From positions 496,001 through 560,000 of the forward strand of contig JALMLS010000455.1 in NCBI GenBank assembly GCA_038496445.1: a DNA stretch of 64,000 nt, in the 5' to 3' direction. The position numbers and the translations under genes were made by a program. Under the pieces are notes generated by a model. The model worked only from the letters and a program-made list of their open reading frames with translations, searched no databases and was not told the DNA's origin. Origin of the DNA: Trichosphaerium sp. ATCC 40318. Its lineage: Eukaryota; Protista; Tubulinea. This document shows, piece by piece, positions 40,176-52,210 of this stretch. Each line of letters starts with the position of its first letter. The stretch's first letter is position 1.

Positions 40176-41327
40176 ATGAGTAGTCGAGCAGAAAAACGCA
40201 AACTACGCAAGAAATTACAACGACAGCGCAAACGGTTAGCCTTAAAATGTGTATAAAGTCTAACTAGCTAAATAATAGCCAAAAGCTTGCTCAAGAGCGT
40301 GACGAAGAGCCTGCTGACACAACAGATAACAATGAAGATGAAAAAACGTTACATGCTCCAACAACATTTGGAACGGGTTCCATGTTAACCCAAATACGCG
40401 AAGAGGCAAAAGAAAAATCCACCAAAGCTGCTGCAGAAAAATCAGAAGAGACGCCAAAAACTACGGAGCCAGTGACACCAAAGAACACCAACAGTCAAAT
40501 TACGTGCGTTAACGCCATTTTACTCAAAAATTAATTGTTATTAGCGCCCAAGCAACTTCAAAAACCTATGGTGCATGGTACGGTAATGTTGGAGACCTCA
40601 AACAACGCCCTAAGGTACACTTCATCAAGTTTATAAAATGTCATCTTGTTTTACATTTAATTTTGTAGCGCCAACGGCGAGGATTGCGTTGTAAAAAATG
40701 CTTCGTATTGCTCGCCAGGGATGATGATTTTGACTACAAGAACGGACAGCTCTGGATAAACACAAGAAAAGTGCCAAAAAGCTGGGATGGCTACAGAACA
40801 AAAAACTCAATAGTACTCACAATCATTATGATGTACCTGTATTAACCAACTCGTTAATTTAGGTATTTTGCCAGAACATGCACAATGTCGGCCGAACAAA
40901 ACAATCAACTTTTGCAAATACAACAATCTATGTCCCTGTTTTGAACATAAACAAGACAACATTCAAAGCTAATTTCATGGACAAGTACGTATTCAAAAAA
41001 AAAAACGAGCAACTTTCTCACATGTGCCTCACTCGCTTCTCTCGACTCTACTAATGCATTGTCTTAGTCACAAATTCGCTGGGTCTGATAAGATAAAGAA
41101 TAAGCTGAACTACAACGAAACAAAGTCTACTGATTGGCTAAAGGTTTACTTGCCACCAAAGGAGTTTCTACCAGAAGTAAACACTAGTTCTAACTTTCAT
41201 TTCTCTGACCCTTGTTTAGTTCAGTAAGGACGCTGTTCCTGATAGATACCACCAAAAGGTTAGCAACAAAGCGGAAGGCGTTAACAATTGGAGAACGGGG
41301 CTTGACGACGATGACAAAGGCAGCTAA
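40176..41327 (+). CDS. Hypothetical protein with a putative Zn-binding Yippee/Mis18/RLR-CTD-like region
   Basis: Spliced LRCKKCFVLLARDDDF...SI|VFCQNMHNVG; basic N-terminus MSSRAEKRKLRKK. Confidence 0.5.
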
Positions 41328-41655
41328 AACCAACAGCATCTGAGATCTGCACTAAAATCTAGTGCAGCCGGTAATACTAACACTGCTGACAAGTCATTTT
41401 TGCATACTGAAGGACAAGTAGAGCAACATTGCTCGTTGTTTTAGCGCTAAACCACAAATTTGACAAAAAATCCTAAAAAAGTGTAAACCATTCCACTGTC
41501 AACGAAACAACTACAACTACGACGAGGTTCTAGACGTCATAAGAACTACGTTGAAAAGTACACCTGTAAGAGAGAAAATGCCCAAGAAATAGGAGTAACT
41601 TCTAAATAAATCAGAAGCTGCTTCCTAACATTAAAATAACAAATAAACAACAACA

Positions 41656-42688
<1,033 letters not shown>

Positions 42689-42963
42689 ACATTTTTCTCA
42701 TTTCGTTCATTATAATTGTTGACACCTTGTCAACCAAACTTAGCTGTGTAAATAAAGTGCTCCCATTTTTCCAACAATGCAACGTTCTTTAGCTGATTAA
42801 TTTTATCTCGTTCTCTTGACACAATCTCGCAAATATTCAAGTGGGCCGCTTTTTATTCCGGAATGTTAAGATTGTCATTTTGCCCTCCCAATTTTTCAGG
42901 CGTTTTTTTGTAGTCAATAAAGAACAATAAACTGTACGCGTGTCAGAAGGGCTAAGCTATTGG

Positions 42964-44805
42964 ATGGCCGATAAAAATGTTGTCAGTGATTCAAACGTGA
43001 TAAGTACAAAGAGAAAAGCTGATGATACGGTGAATGTCAATGCAAAAAAGCAAAAGCTGAAACAAACTGCGCCTATACAATGGCCATATAATATTGGGCA
43101 TGTACAAGGTATTTGAATGTTTTTTTGAGTTAATAAATGTATTTTACAGCAAAAATGATCTACGACGCGTTAAAAACATACATTAGACGACCATAGATAC
43201 TTAATACGTTGTTTTAGCATTACATGATTACACCAACCCTAAACCGATCCCAACTACTCCAATAAGTACCTCAGAGCATAAAACACCTCCGCGAAGAGAA
43301 ATAGCAAAGCAATCTACAGAAAAACCTAAAAAACTCAACCCACACCGTTACATACGAAAAAGAGATAAAAACAAAGCTAAAACAGCCGTACACACCTATT
43401 TATTATTCATTTTAACATCTAACAGTGTCAATGAATTTAGAACGGTTCTCAAACACCTAGTTACGTTGATTGGGATTCTGACGCAAGTATCTTTGATTTA
43501 GCTCCAGAAATAAGCGCTCTATGTAAGAGAAAACGAAGAGTACGCTTGATATTACCTTGTGTATTACCACTGATTCCTATAGCTTTCATGTGATGTACCA
43601 AACACACAACGAACGGAATACAAAGCTCATGAAAAAGGCGTTAATCGAATCAAGTACAAAATTATAAACATGACACATGGCTTGTTTCTTACAATTTAAG
43701 GTGGTCTCGCGGAGAAGGGCAACTTCTGGCTTCATGTTCTATGGATGCAACAGCATCTATATGGTCACCATTTTCTTCAACAAAGCGTGTGGTACACCTT
43801 ACTTGTCATGAAGCTGCAGTCAAAGATCTTGGATGGAGCCATGATAATAGGCATTTATTTACCGCCAGCTATGACAAAACTGTAAAATACACAGACGTAG
43901 AAACTGCTACAGTAGTACAAGTACGATTGTGAAGCTAATTGCACTCAATTTTGGCTAATAGTTAATATAGAGCTTCAAGCACAAGCAATTTATTACTTGC
44001 CTTCAGCCTCATCCAACACAGACTGATTTATTTATTGCTGGTGGTGCCAAGTCTGGGATTGTATGTTGGGATTTACGTTCGCACAGGTACCACCACTCAC
44101 TGCAAACATAATGGTTTTTGTTCGGTTGCTGAATTCGTTAATTGATTTGTTAGTGTCGCAGTGGAGTACAAGAGTGTAATGGGTCAAGTGCAATCCATGG
44201 AGTTTATAGATAACGGTAATGCGTTTGTGTCAAGTTCGGACGTTACAAGGCGAAATTGTGTAGATAAAGCTGTCCGTGTCTTTGATTTCAATACCGTACG
44301 TTTCAAATAACTCCAAAAAAACAAAAAAAAATTAACTACTACCGCACGTGGTACTCACGTGTAATTAGGGATCCATACTCAGTAATCAAGTTTACCTGGA
44401 GGCTTTCACATGTACTCGCGTGCGTGCGCACCCGACAGAGAAACAGTTTTTGATGCAATCCAATGGGAACTACATTGCAATTTTTTCAAGCACAAAATAT
44501 AAACTCAATAAGTACAAAGTACGCCGATTGTGTTGCGTCGTTGCAAAATTAACGACTTGCTTTAGCGTTACCAAGCTCATAACGTCTCTGGTTATCCTAT
44601 TGGCTTTGATATATCTCCTGATGGTACACTAGTAGTTTCTGGATGTACACACGGTAATTTGGTATTCTACGACTACGTAACGTCAAGAGTGCTCCGAAAA
44701 TTTAAAGCACACAAACGGCCTTGTATCGATGTCGCTTTTCATCCCATAGTACCGTCATTGGTAGCCAGCTGTGACTGGGCGGGAGGCATTACGCTTTGGC
44801 AATAA
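42964..44805 (+). CDS. WDR25: WD40-repeat protein WDR25-like
   Basis: LSNQVYLEAFTC..HPTEKQFLMQSNGNYIAIFS..HNVSGYPIGFDISPDG..HPIVPSLVASCDWAGGITLWQ* parallels the WDR25 C-terminus. Confidence 0.82.
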
Positions 44806-44927
44806 AGGCTATTGTACTGAAATACGAAAAAACTTTGTGTTTTCTGTAGTTTTTTTACCAAGGGACTTCGTAAGACCGTTTCCGCTCGCTGGTTTACTTA
44901 GCTTCTCGTTTTGCAAAGGTCATCAAG

Positions 44928-45463
44928 ATGGTACGGTCTCGAAAAAGTGCGCAGTGATGTAATTGCTGTATAGGTTAACTACCCAAAGACTCGACGCATG
45001 TATTGCCCGTCACGCAAGTGCAAAAAACACGCTGTACACAAAGTATCAGCTTACAAAAACGGTGCCGCTCGCCAACAATCACAAGGTGTGTATTGCGCGG
45101 AGCGTAATCAGATATTTTTTGTATTTATTTCTCAAATAGGTACCAGACGTTATAGAAGAAAACAGAAGGGTTACGGTGGTCAAACCAAACCAATTTTCAA
45201 GAAAAAGGCACGATCAGGCGTTTTAGTAGCTCATCTGCTCTTATCGCTGAATCTTTATCAAATTCGCCTCTAACACAACCCAGGCAAAAGTTAACAAGAA
45301 AACTACCTTGAAATTTGAGTGCAAAGAATGCAAAGCTGTTCAAGTCAAAACCCTCAAAAGGTACCGTTTATGCGTATTATGGCCTTCGCTTACGCTATTT
45401 AGATGCAAAAAATTCGAATTGGGTGGCGAAAAGAAACAGAAGAACAAGATGATCCAGTTTTAA
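44928..45463 (+). CDS. RPL36A: 60S ribosomal protein eL42 (L36a/L44)
   Basis: M|[19 protein letters not shown]..|[22 protein letters not shown]|[13 protein letters not shown]..|CKKFELGG; four introns. Confidence 0.97.
45208..45283 (+). other. GC-AG intron in RPL36A
   Basis: AAG|gcacgat...cccag|GCAAAA restores the conserved KKKAK. Confidence 0.85.
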
Positions 45464-45686
45464 CTTCTATCGCTGTAGTAAACTGTATAAAATCTATTCT
45501 GGACATTTGTTTCGTTAATTGTAATGTACAAAACGTTTGACACTTCATAACTTTCACACTTGGCGCGTTAATTTATCTTTGCCGCAAAAGCTCCAATGCC
45601 GAGTTTTGCATTACATAGCCGCCAACGGTAGTTTGACCAAGAATTTTGTTACGCTGTATTTTTTTCTTTGCGTTTATTTCCTATTG

Positions 45687-46602
45687 ATGGAGGGCCTCTG
45701 GGCCAAAAGGCTTGGTGAGGTTAGTTCATGCGACTTTGAGGTTGATGCAGACGCTATGAAGTTCGTCCGTTCAGTAATGCGCCAAGAGCTAAAAGAACTG
45801 GATAAGGTGCGTAATTGAGCGTCGAGAAAGCTCACTAGTGCCCAGAAACGAAAATTGGACAAAACAGCAGGTGTTGTGTTTGTTAAAGCGTGTGAATGGT
45901 TCTTACAACACCTGGCACTTGCAAGCTGGAATGTCAGTGATAAACGTGAAATTACAAAAGGAGATGTACTAAATGCGTTGGCGGGCATCGAAGGTGCTTA
46001 AATTCTACTTGCTGATTTATTAAAGCGGTGTAGACTACGATTTTATAGCAGATTCGCTCGGCGCTACAGAAACGACCATAAAACCGCCAGAAAACGCTAA
46101 CACTGGTGCTTTAACTCTTGGTACGTGATTTTGTACATAGAACTGTTCTTGTAACCATTAAGAAGGTCCGTGGCATTTGGAGCAAGCTGGAGGGTGCACC
46201 GTTACAAACTTGCCGTCAAGCCGTTATCGTTTTACCGAAACTGACACGTCAAAGGAGAAAATTGACAGCTCAATTGAAGTAGTTTCACACGGTTTAGAGA
46301 GCATCGTATGAGCTATTGATGGTCTGATGTCGTACTCACTACCTGCTTTAGGTCTTTAGTATGCCTCCTGAAGCCCAGAAAGATCAGTGTATAGCAATAC
46401 TCTCTGAGCCAGTTGGGGTTGACGCTTTTATGTCAGTGTCATTACAAAAGGTACTACAAGACGTTTAATATGTTCCGTGATTTACTTTTCACAGGAGTTT
46501 AACTACGCAAAGAAATCGCTTGATTTTACAGTGAAAGGATCGTGCAGATTGCATGGATTGGATGGGATTGTTACTAAGGGCTTTGTGACAATGGGTGCGT
46601 GA
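45687..46602 (+). CDS. NF-YC-like histone-fold protein with a possible nucleoplasmin-like C-terminal domain
   Basis: VRSVMRQE..AGVVFVKACEWFLQHLALASW..KREITKGDVLNALAGIE|DYDFIAD. C-terminus CIAILSEP..LDFTVKGSCRLHGL. Confidence 0.7.
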
Positions 46603-47316
46603 AATAGACCGTGTACAAAGGTTGCTATTTTAATAATGTTGAGGAAAAACATTAGCATCTTTATGTTCACATTTCTTTCTGTGTTATTGTGTTTGTCTGA
46701 CTGTTTTACTTTAGGTGGGGGTACTGGAACAAGTGTAGTATTTACAGCATCTCTTGATTCACCTTACGGCGTAATAATAGCTGAAGGAGACTTTGTTGTA
46801 TCATCTCAACACGTGTCCATAAATATCGTATACTGTATTGGCGATACACCAGTTCTAAAGTCAAAGTATAACAAAACATAGTAGTACATCACCTGGAGAT
46901 ACTGAAGGGAGGTGTAAGAAAAGTATTAACGCTCATGTTCGACGTTGTCAGAAAACATATCAAACCGAAAAACTTTACACCATTTTTTTTTGGAACTTTT
47001 GTTCACTTTTCGTAATTAATCAAAACACAAGTCGTAAAATAAAAATAATAATATTTGTATTGTATTTATTTAAAGTAATTTACAACCGCAAGCTAGAGAA
47101 GATACACATTCTTTTTTAAGAATTTTGAGTTTCCAGCGGAATAAACTCGGTTTACTGCAGTGCAGTTTTTAATATCGACATGCTGGGTTTTTCGGCTTGC
47201 CATTTAAGGTCGTAAAGCCTGGTAATAGCGGTAAAAGTTTCGTTTTAGTTTTGTGGTCTTGTTTGTGCTTTGTATTGTCGCCAATTGGTAGCTCGTTTGA
47301 GATATTATAAATTGGA

Positions 47317-47814
47317 TTAGAATACTTGAAAAAAGTTTCGCCTTAGACCAAACTGAGCAGGAGTGTCACTGTTATTATTTCGTCGGAGATAAGCTTGTAT
47401 ACGTCGTTTCTTCTCTTCGCACTCTCTTTGTATTTGTGTACGCTTACTTCTTGCACGTCTATTTTGAAACCATATACGTACTCGAGATGTTGATATATTT
47501 AAAGCCTTAGCAAGGCGAGCTTTGCACTCTTCGTTAGGGAATGAAGCAATTTCATAAGCATCTTCTAATAAACGTCTTTCAACCATTGTAAAAGCTCTTC
47601 GTTTGCGTTTTAGACACTTGCTATTGGCTTTTTCGTCCAGTTTTCGTTTACGTTTACGTCGGGGTCTTTCGGTTCCTTCTTTTGTATTGTTTGTAGCCGC
47701 AGTAGGGATACAAGCGTGTTTTTTCTTTTGAGTAGTTCGCGATATTGTTGTAGATTTTATTGGAACTGAAAGAAGCTCTTGAGGTACAGGAGAAAGTATT
47801 TTATAAAGTTCCAT
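47317..47814 (-). CDS. Homeodomain protein; may have further 3' exons
   Basis: KRKRRAFTMVERRLLEDAY..FPNEECKARLAKALNISTSRVRIWFQNRRARSKR. Confidence 0.9.
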   Translation of the reverse strand: MELYKILSPVPQELLSVPIKSTTISRTTQKKKHACIPTAATNNTKEGTERPRRKRKRKLDEKANSKCLKRKRRAFTMVERRLLEDAYEIASFPNEECKARLAKALNISTSRVRIWFQNRRARSKRTQIQRECEEKKRRIQAYLRRNNNSDTPAQFGLRRNFFQVF

Positions 47815-49519
47815 CCTAGGTACGTTTGTCTTATGTGTTAATAAATAGAAAATAAATGATAACTTATCAAAATTATTTTGTTATTTTTTCGGGAATATCG
47901 GGACATTCTTTCCGAGTTTTTTGTTCAGGTTCTATGCAACGTACTATGGAATAATACCTCTAAAAAAACCCTCGTCAAATAACGTTATATCTTTACTTGT
48001 GCGGACTGATGTCTAAAAATGGAATTCTTCCGACAAACTGCGGGTTTCATCTTTAAAAACGCCGCAGGTTGCGGGTTTAGGTACACAACAGTGTAATAAA
48101 CCGTTCTAAGCTATCTAATAAGTAGTAATTTGAGTTTAGCAGTAGTACAGAATTTAAACCAAAACGCTAATAAGTATGGAAAAACATTATCTCCGTAAGC
48201 CGGTACAACATACTAGTCGCATTCAACGTTGAAATAAATACGTTTATAGTGCAACTAAGACCAGTGAACCTATTTTGCGGCAAAACCCGCAAAAAATAAA
48301 ATCACAATGAACATCGCCCGCAACAATTTATTTGCCCGTAAATTAACGTCATTAAAGTTCTTTTATTTTATGTTACGCCTACGCTCGAGTTGAGTTGTCC
48401 ATTTTAAGAGAAGAGGAAGTAGACATGTCGTCACTACCTGCCCCAAGTTTTTATTAGCAGAAAATTTATTTTGTAGGGTGGTTCCAGCAGGCTGTACTAA
48501 TATAGGCGGTTAAACAAGCGTCATTGTTAATATAAATCGACGGTTTATTAAGCAAACACAAAAGTTTGATGACGTCTGTGCGCGATATCCCAAGTCAACG
48601 CCGTGGAAGTTTCCATGTAGTATTGCTATCATCGTATTAAAAATAATCTCTGAAACTATCGGGGATTGCGGCACGACTGTGGCCCGCAGTACAGTAGAGC
48701 CATTAGAGCTACAGTACATTTTCTAATAGTGTCACTTTTGTAGCACTATCTAGCTCGCGCTATACCAGCACAGTATGGACTTAGGACTATACCACTAACA
48801 CTTCAATAATTACTACGTCATCTTGTTTTTCAAATAGAGTGAGTTATTGCACAACTGACGCTAATGACATAACACACAAATACTACGGATATTTGGGTTG
48901 TTGTTCAAGTAGTTTCAAGTTGTCTTGCATTATCTACTGTTTCGTTTGAACTTTAAAAACACAAATATAAGAGTAGTCGAAGCAAAAAAACACGGGTTGT
49001 GGTAGTAGTGGTTGCAGTAGATGCTTTATTTTTTTTGGAGGTAATAATACAACCACCATTTCGTATGAAGAACTTTCCAAGCCAGCATCCCGATTTGTAC
49101 AAGCAATTGAATTTACTAGAAGTAATTCGAAAGGATGCAAGTTGTATCAAATACGCTCTAGAACGTGGTTCCAAGCAGTCACATTTGTTGATTTCACGTT
49201 ATATCACGTTTAATAAACACAATTATTTATTTCGTTTCTAAGTGTTTAATACTCTACTAAAGCATGCGTGGTAACTATCAATTTTTGGGTACGAGAAATA
49301 GATGTTGACGTAATCATTATCATCTTGTACCAGGCTTTTAGAAACGTTTCGTCAAGGCTTCTCCAGGCATTGATATATAGCTTTAACATACCATCACTAT
49401 TGCTTTTGGAAGGGCAAACATGATTTACAGTTTTAACTAACAACTACGAACTACCAAAGGACCAGTTCCGTCAAATAGTACTTTCAAAAAACCTCCACAG
49501 GATTTTTTGTACGAATAAC

Positions 49520-49779
49520 CGGACTCACGTTTTTTCCGAATTTTTCGAAAAAAAAAATTCGAAAAAATAGAATTCGATACAAAAACTGAATGCCTATACC
49601 CACCAATGGATCACTATATGTGAGCGAAGGTCGGGTTCTAGTTCCGAGCACAGCGAGGACCCGACCGTAAGTGAACCAGGCGCTTTCTAGTTTAGTGTAC
49701 TGCCCTAGCTATGCATCTTTCTGCATCTTTCTACACTTTCGAATTTTTGTTTTCGGAAAATTCGGAAAAAACTATAGCC
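49520..49779 (+). mobile_element. MITE-like inverted-repeat element, copy 2, with an 8-bp flanking direct repeat
   Basis: CGAATAAC at 49512-49519 and 49780-49787. Subterminal inverted repeats, repeated TTCGAA/TTCGGA motifs and an internal GC-rich hairpin. Confidence 0.85.
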
Positions 49780-50128
49780 CGAATAACACGTCCTCACTCG
49801 TGTTGTGTTTGAGCCATATATGAATCAGTCTTCCCCAAAACCATCTTGTTGCTTGCTCTACCCCTTCTTAGTTCTAACTTCAAATTGCATTCATCACAAA
49901 CAAGAATTCAAGCTCTACCAACAAACATCACCTAATTGTATGTCAAGTCTAACCTGGCAATCTAGCTTTCGGCAATATTGTGTAAATTGCTTCTATTTTA
50001 AATCCCGTGTTTGTTGTGGCGGGCCAATGAGTCAACCAGGGTAAACTTAGTAAGCATCAAGATTAATCATCAAGAATAATCATCGCGAGATTATGCGTGC
50101 AGTACGAAATACACAGAATAAGGTTAAA

Positions 50129-51500
50129 ATGGAGGCTAGCAGTAACTCAAGTCGAAGGTATCGTCTAATACCCTATTTCACAGTTTTTAACCATCACACC
50201 GTTCTAAAAGTCTTCTACTAGTGCTGAAACAAGTCTTTTGGACATACCAACAGAGATTTTAGTTCTTATTTTCCTTTTTACGACAAAAGCTCGATTTGCA
50301 GTTTGTCAAACTTGTCGTTGCTTTGCAGCTATTATTCACGATATTATTGGGTACACACGAGTAATAATTAGACACACCAAAGGAGTGAAAAAATTCATAT
50401 CATACAAAGGGTGTTTGAAACACACAAGGATTGACTTGGCTAGTCGCTTTCCTGCAAAGTTTGTAGTGAAGTTTGCTGGAGTTCATACCATTAATCTTAG
50501 TTACTGTTGGAAAATTAAAGATAAAGGTATTAAAGCGCTTGCTGGGGTTCATACTATTAATCTTAGTGACTGTGAGAATATTACAGATGAAGGTGTTAAA
50601 GCACTTGCTGGAGTTCATACCATTGATCTTAGTGACTGTGAGAAGATAACAGATGAAGGGATTAAAGCGCTAGCTGGAGTTCATACCATCGATCTTGGTG
50701 GCTGTGAGAATATAACAGATGAAGGTATTAAACCACTTGATGGAGTTCATACCATCGATCTTACTGGATGCAACAAGATAACAGATGAAGGGATTAAAGC
50801 ACTTGCTGGAGTTCATACCATTGATCTTACTCACTGTGAGAAGATAACAGATAAAGGGGTTATAGCGCTTGCTGGAGTTCATACCATTGATCTCAGATAC
50901 TGTTTGAAGATAACAGATGAAGGCATTACAGCGCTCAAAGGAGTTCACACAATTAATCTTAAATATTGTTCTAAGATTTCTTATTTGGGTGTTAAAGCAC
51001 TTGCTGGAGTTCACATTATTAATCTTGGTCATTGTAAGGAAATAACAGATGAAGGGATTAAAGCACTTGCTGGAGTTCATACCATTGATCTTACTCACTG
51101 TGAGAAGATAACAGATGAAGGGGTTATAGCGCTAGCTGGAGTTCATACCATTGATCTCAGATACTGTTTGAAGATAACAGATGAAGGCATTAAAGCACTT
51201 GCTGGAGTTCATACCATTGATCTTACTGAATGCAACAAGATAACAGATGGAGGGATTAAAGCGCTCAAAGGAGTTCATGATATTGATCTTAGTTACTGTT
51301 GGAATATAACAGATGAAGGTATTAAACCACTTGATGGAGTTCATACCATCTATCTTACTGGATGCAACAAGATAACAGATGAAGGGATTAAAGCGCTAGC
51401 TGGAGTTCATACCATCGATCTTAGTGACTGTGAGAATATAACAGATGCAGGCATTAAAGCACTCAAAGGAGTTGATACCATTATAACAGATTATTGCTAA
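50129..51500 (+). CDS. F-box plus LRR protein with 15 full 22-aa repeats; one inferred 5' intron (50158-50221)
   Basis: MEASSNSSR|SAETSLLDIPTEILVLIF..VCQTCRCF, then AGVHTIDLxxCxxITDEGIKAL x15. Paralog of 20132-21196. Confidence 0.88.
50475..51490 (+). repeat. Coding tandem repeat, 66-bp unit, about 15 copies
   Basis: Unit gctggagttcataccattgatctt(variable)ataacagatgaagggattaaagcactt. Confidence 0.95.
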
Positions 51501-51584
51501 CATGATTTTATACTTTAACACCACCGGACAACAATTAGCTCCAAGAGAGAACATTATTAGTGCCAGGTCCAAAACAGGGTACCT

Positions 51585-51980
51585 GATTCCCGTCAATGAT
51601 CCAAGCTCTGTTTCTTGTTTGGTAGCAATACCTAATGTCACTACCAACCCCCAATTATATATCTCCTGTTCTTGTTCACATGCTGCCAAAAATTTAAAAA
51701 GATCGAGAAGTGCATGGGTTCAATCCTATGAAATATGTACAACACTTGATCACATGTCCAATTTGATGGCGGTACTTCTTTACTTCTACCAGAATAGGTG
51801 GTTGAAAAAGGGTTTGAAACGTTACACTCATCAAGGAAGGTTATCAACTTTTTTTTCATCGTACACCTTGCCTCAATAGTCTTTTCGCCAGGAAATGTAA
51901 TATCGTCTGGTATACATTAAATTATATTGCTATCCAATGCAGTACCATCAAGTAAATAAATGCGCACAGTGCCATTGCAT
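51585..51980 (-). pseudogene. Degenerate, internally deleted copy of the MORN-SAM gene
   Basis: KLITFLDECNVSNPF..EVPPSNWTCDQVLYIFHRIEP matches 27415-27552 and is joined to AACEQEQEI..VTLGIATK..ELGSL matching 28380-28480. Contains indels and a stop; lacks the tandem MORN array. Confidence 0.85.
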
Positions 51981-52210
51981 AGTCCAAAAAAAAGCAACAC
52001 GTTCATGGTTAGGTACCCAAGTTGGTTTGGATCGCATTCACCAAATCCAGCTCCTATAATTTTTTGTAGTATTTCTAGTAGTTGATAAAAACGAGTTACT
52101 CAACTGTTCCTAGTTTGTGACGAAACTTTATTGTTTACAGTAGAATTCATTATACAAAATGTATGTGACGAGCTAACCTCTAGCACAAAAATACAATACG
52201 GAATAAAAAA

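Noticed and set aside
45181-45200. Cycloheximide-resistance substitution in eL42
   Set aside because: The GQTKP motif retains Pro, the sensitive state.
49590-49685. Resemblance of the element core to 5S rRNA (GCCT..GGTCGGG..AGGC)
   Set aside because: Too short, and it lacks the conserved 5S loop and internal promoter sequences.
50475-51490. CRISPR-like repeat/spacer appearance
   Set aside because: Units are in-frame 66-bp coding repeats with short variable patches, and no cas genes are present.
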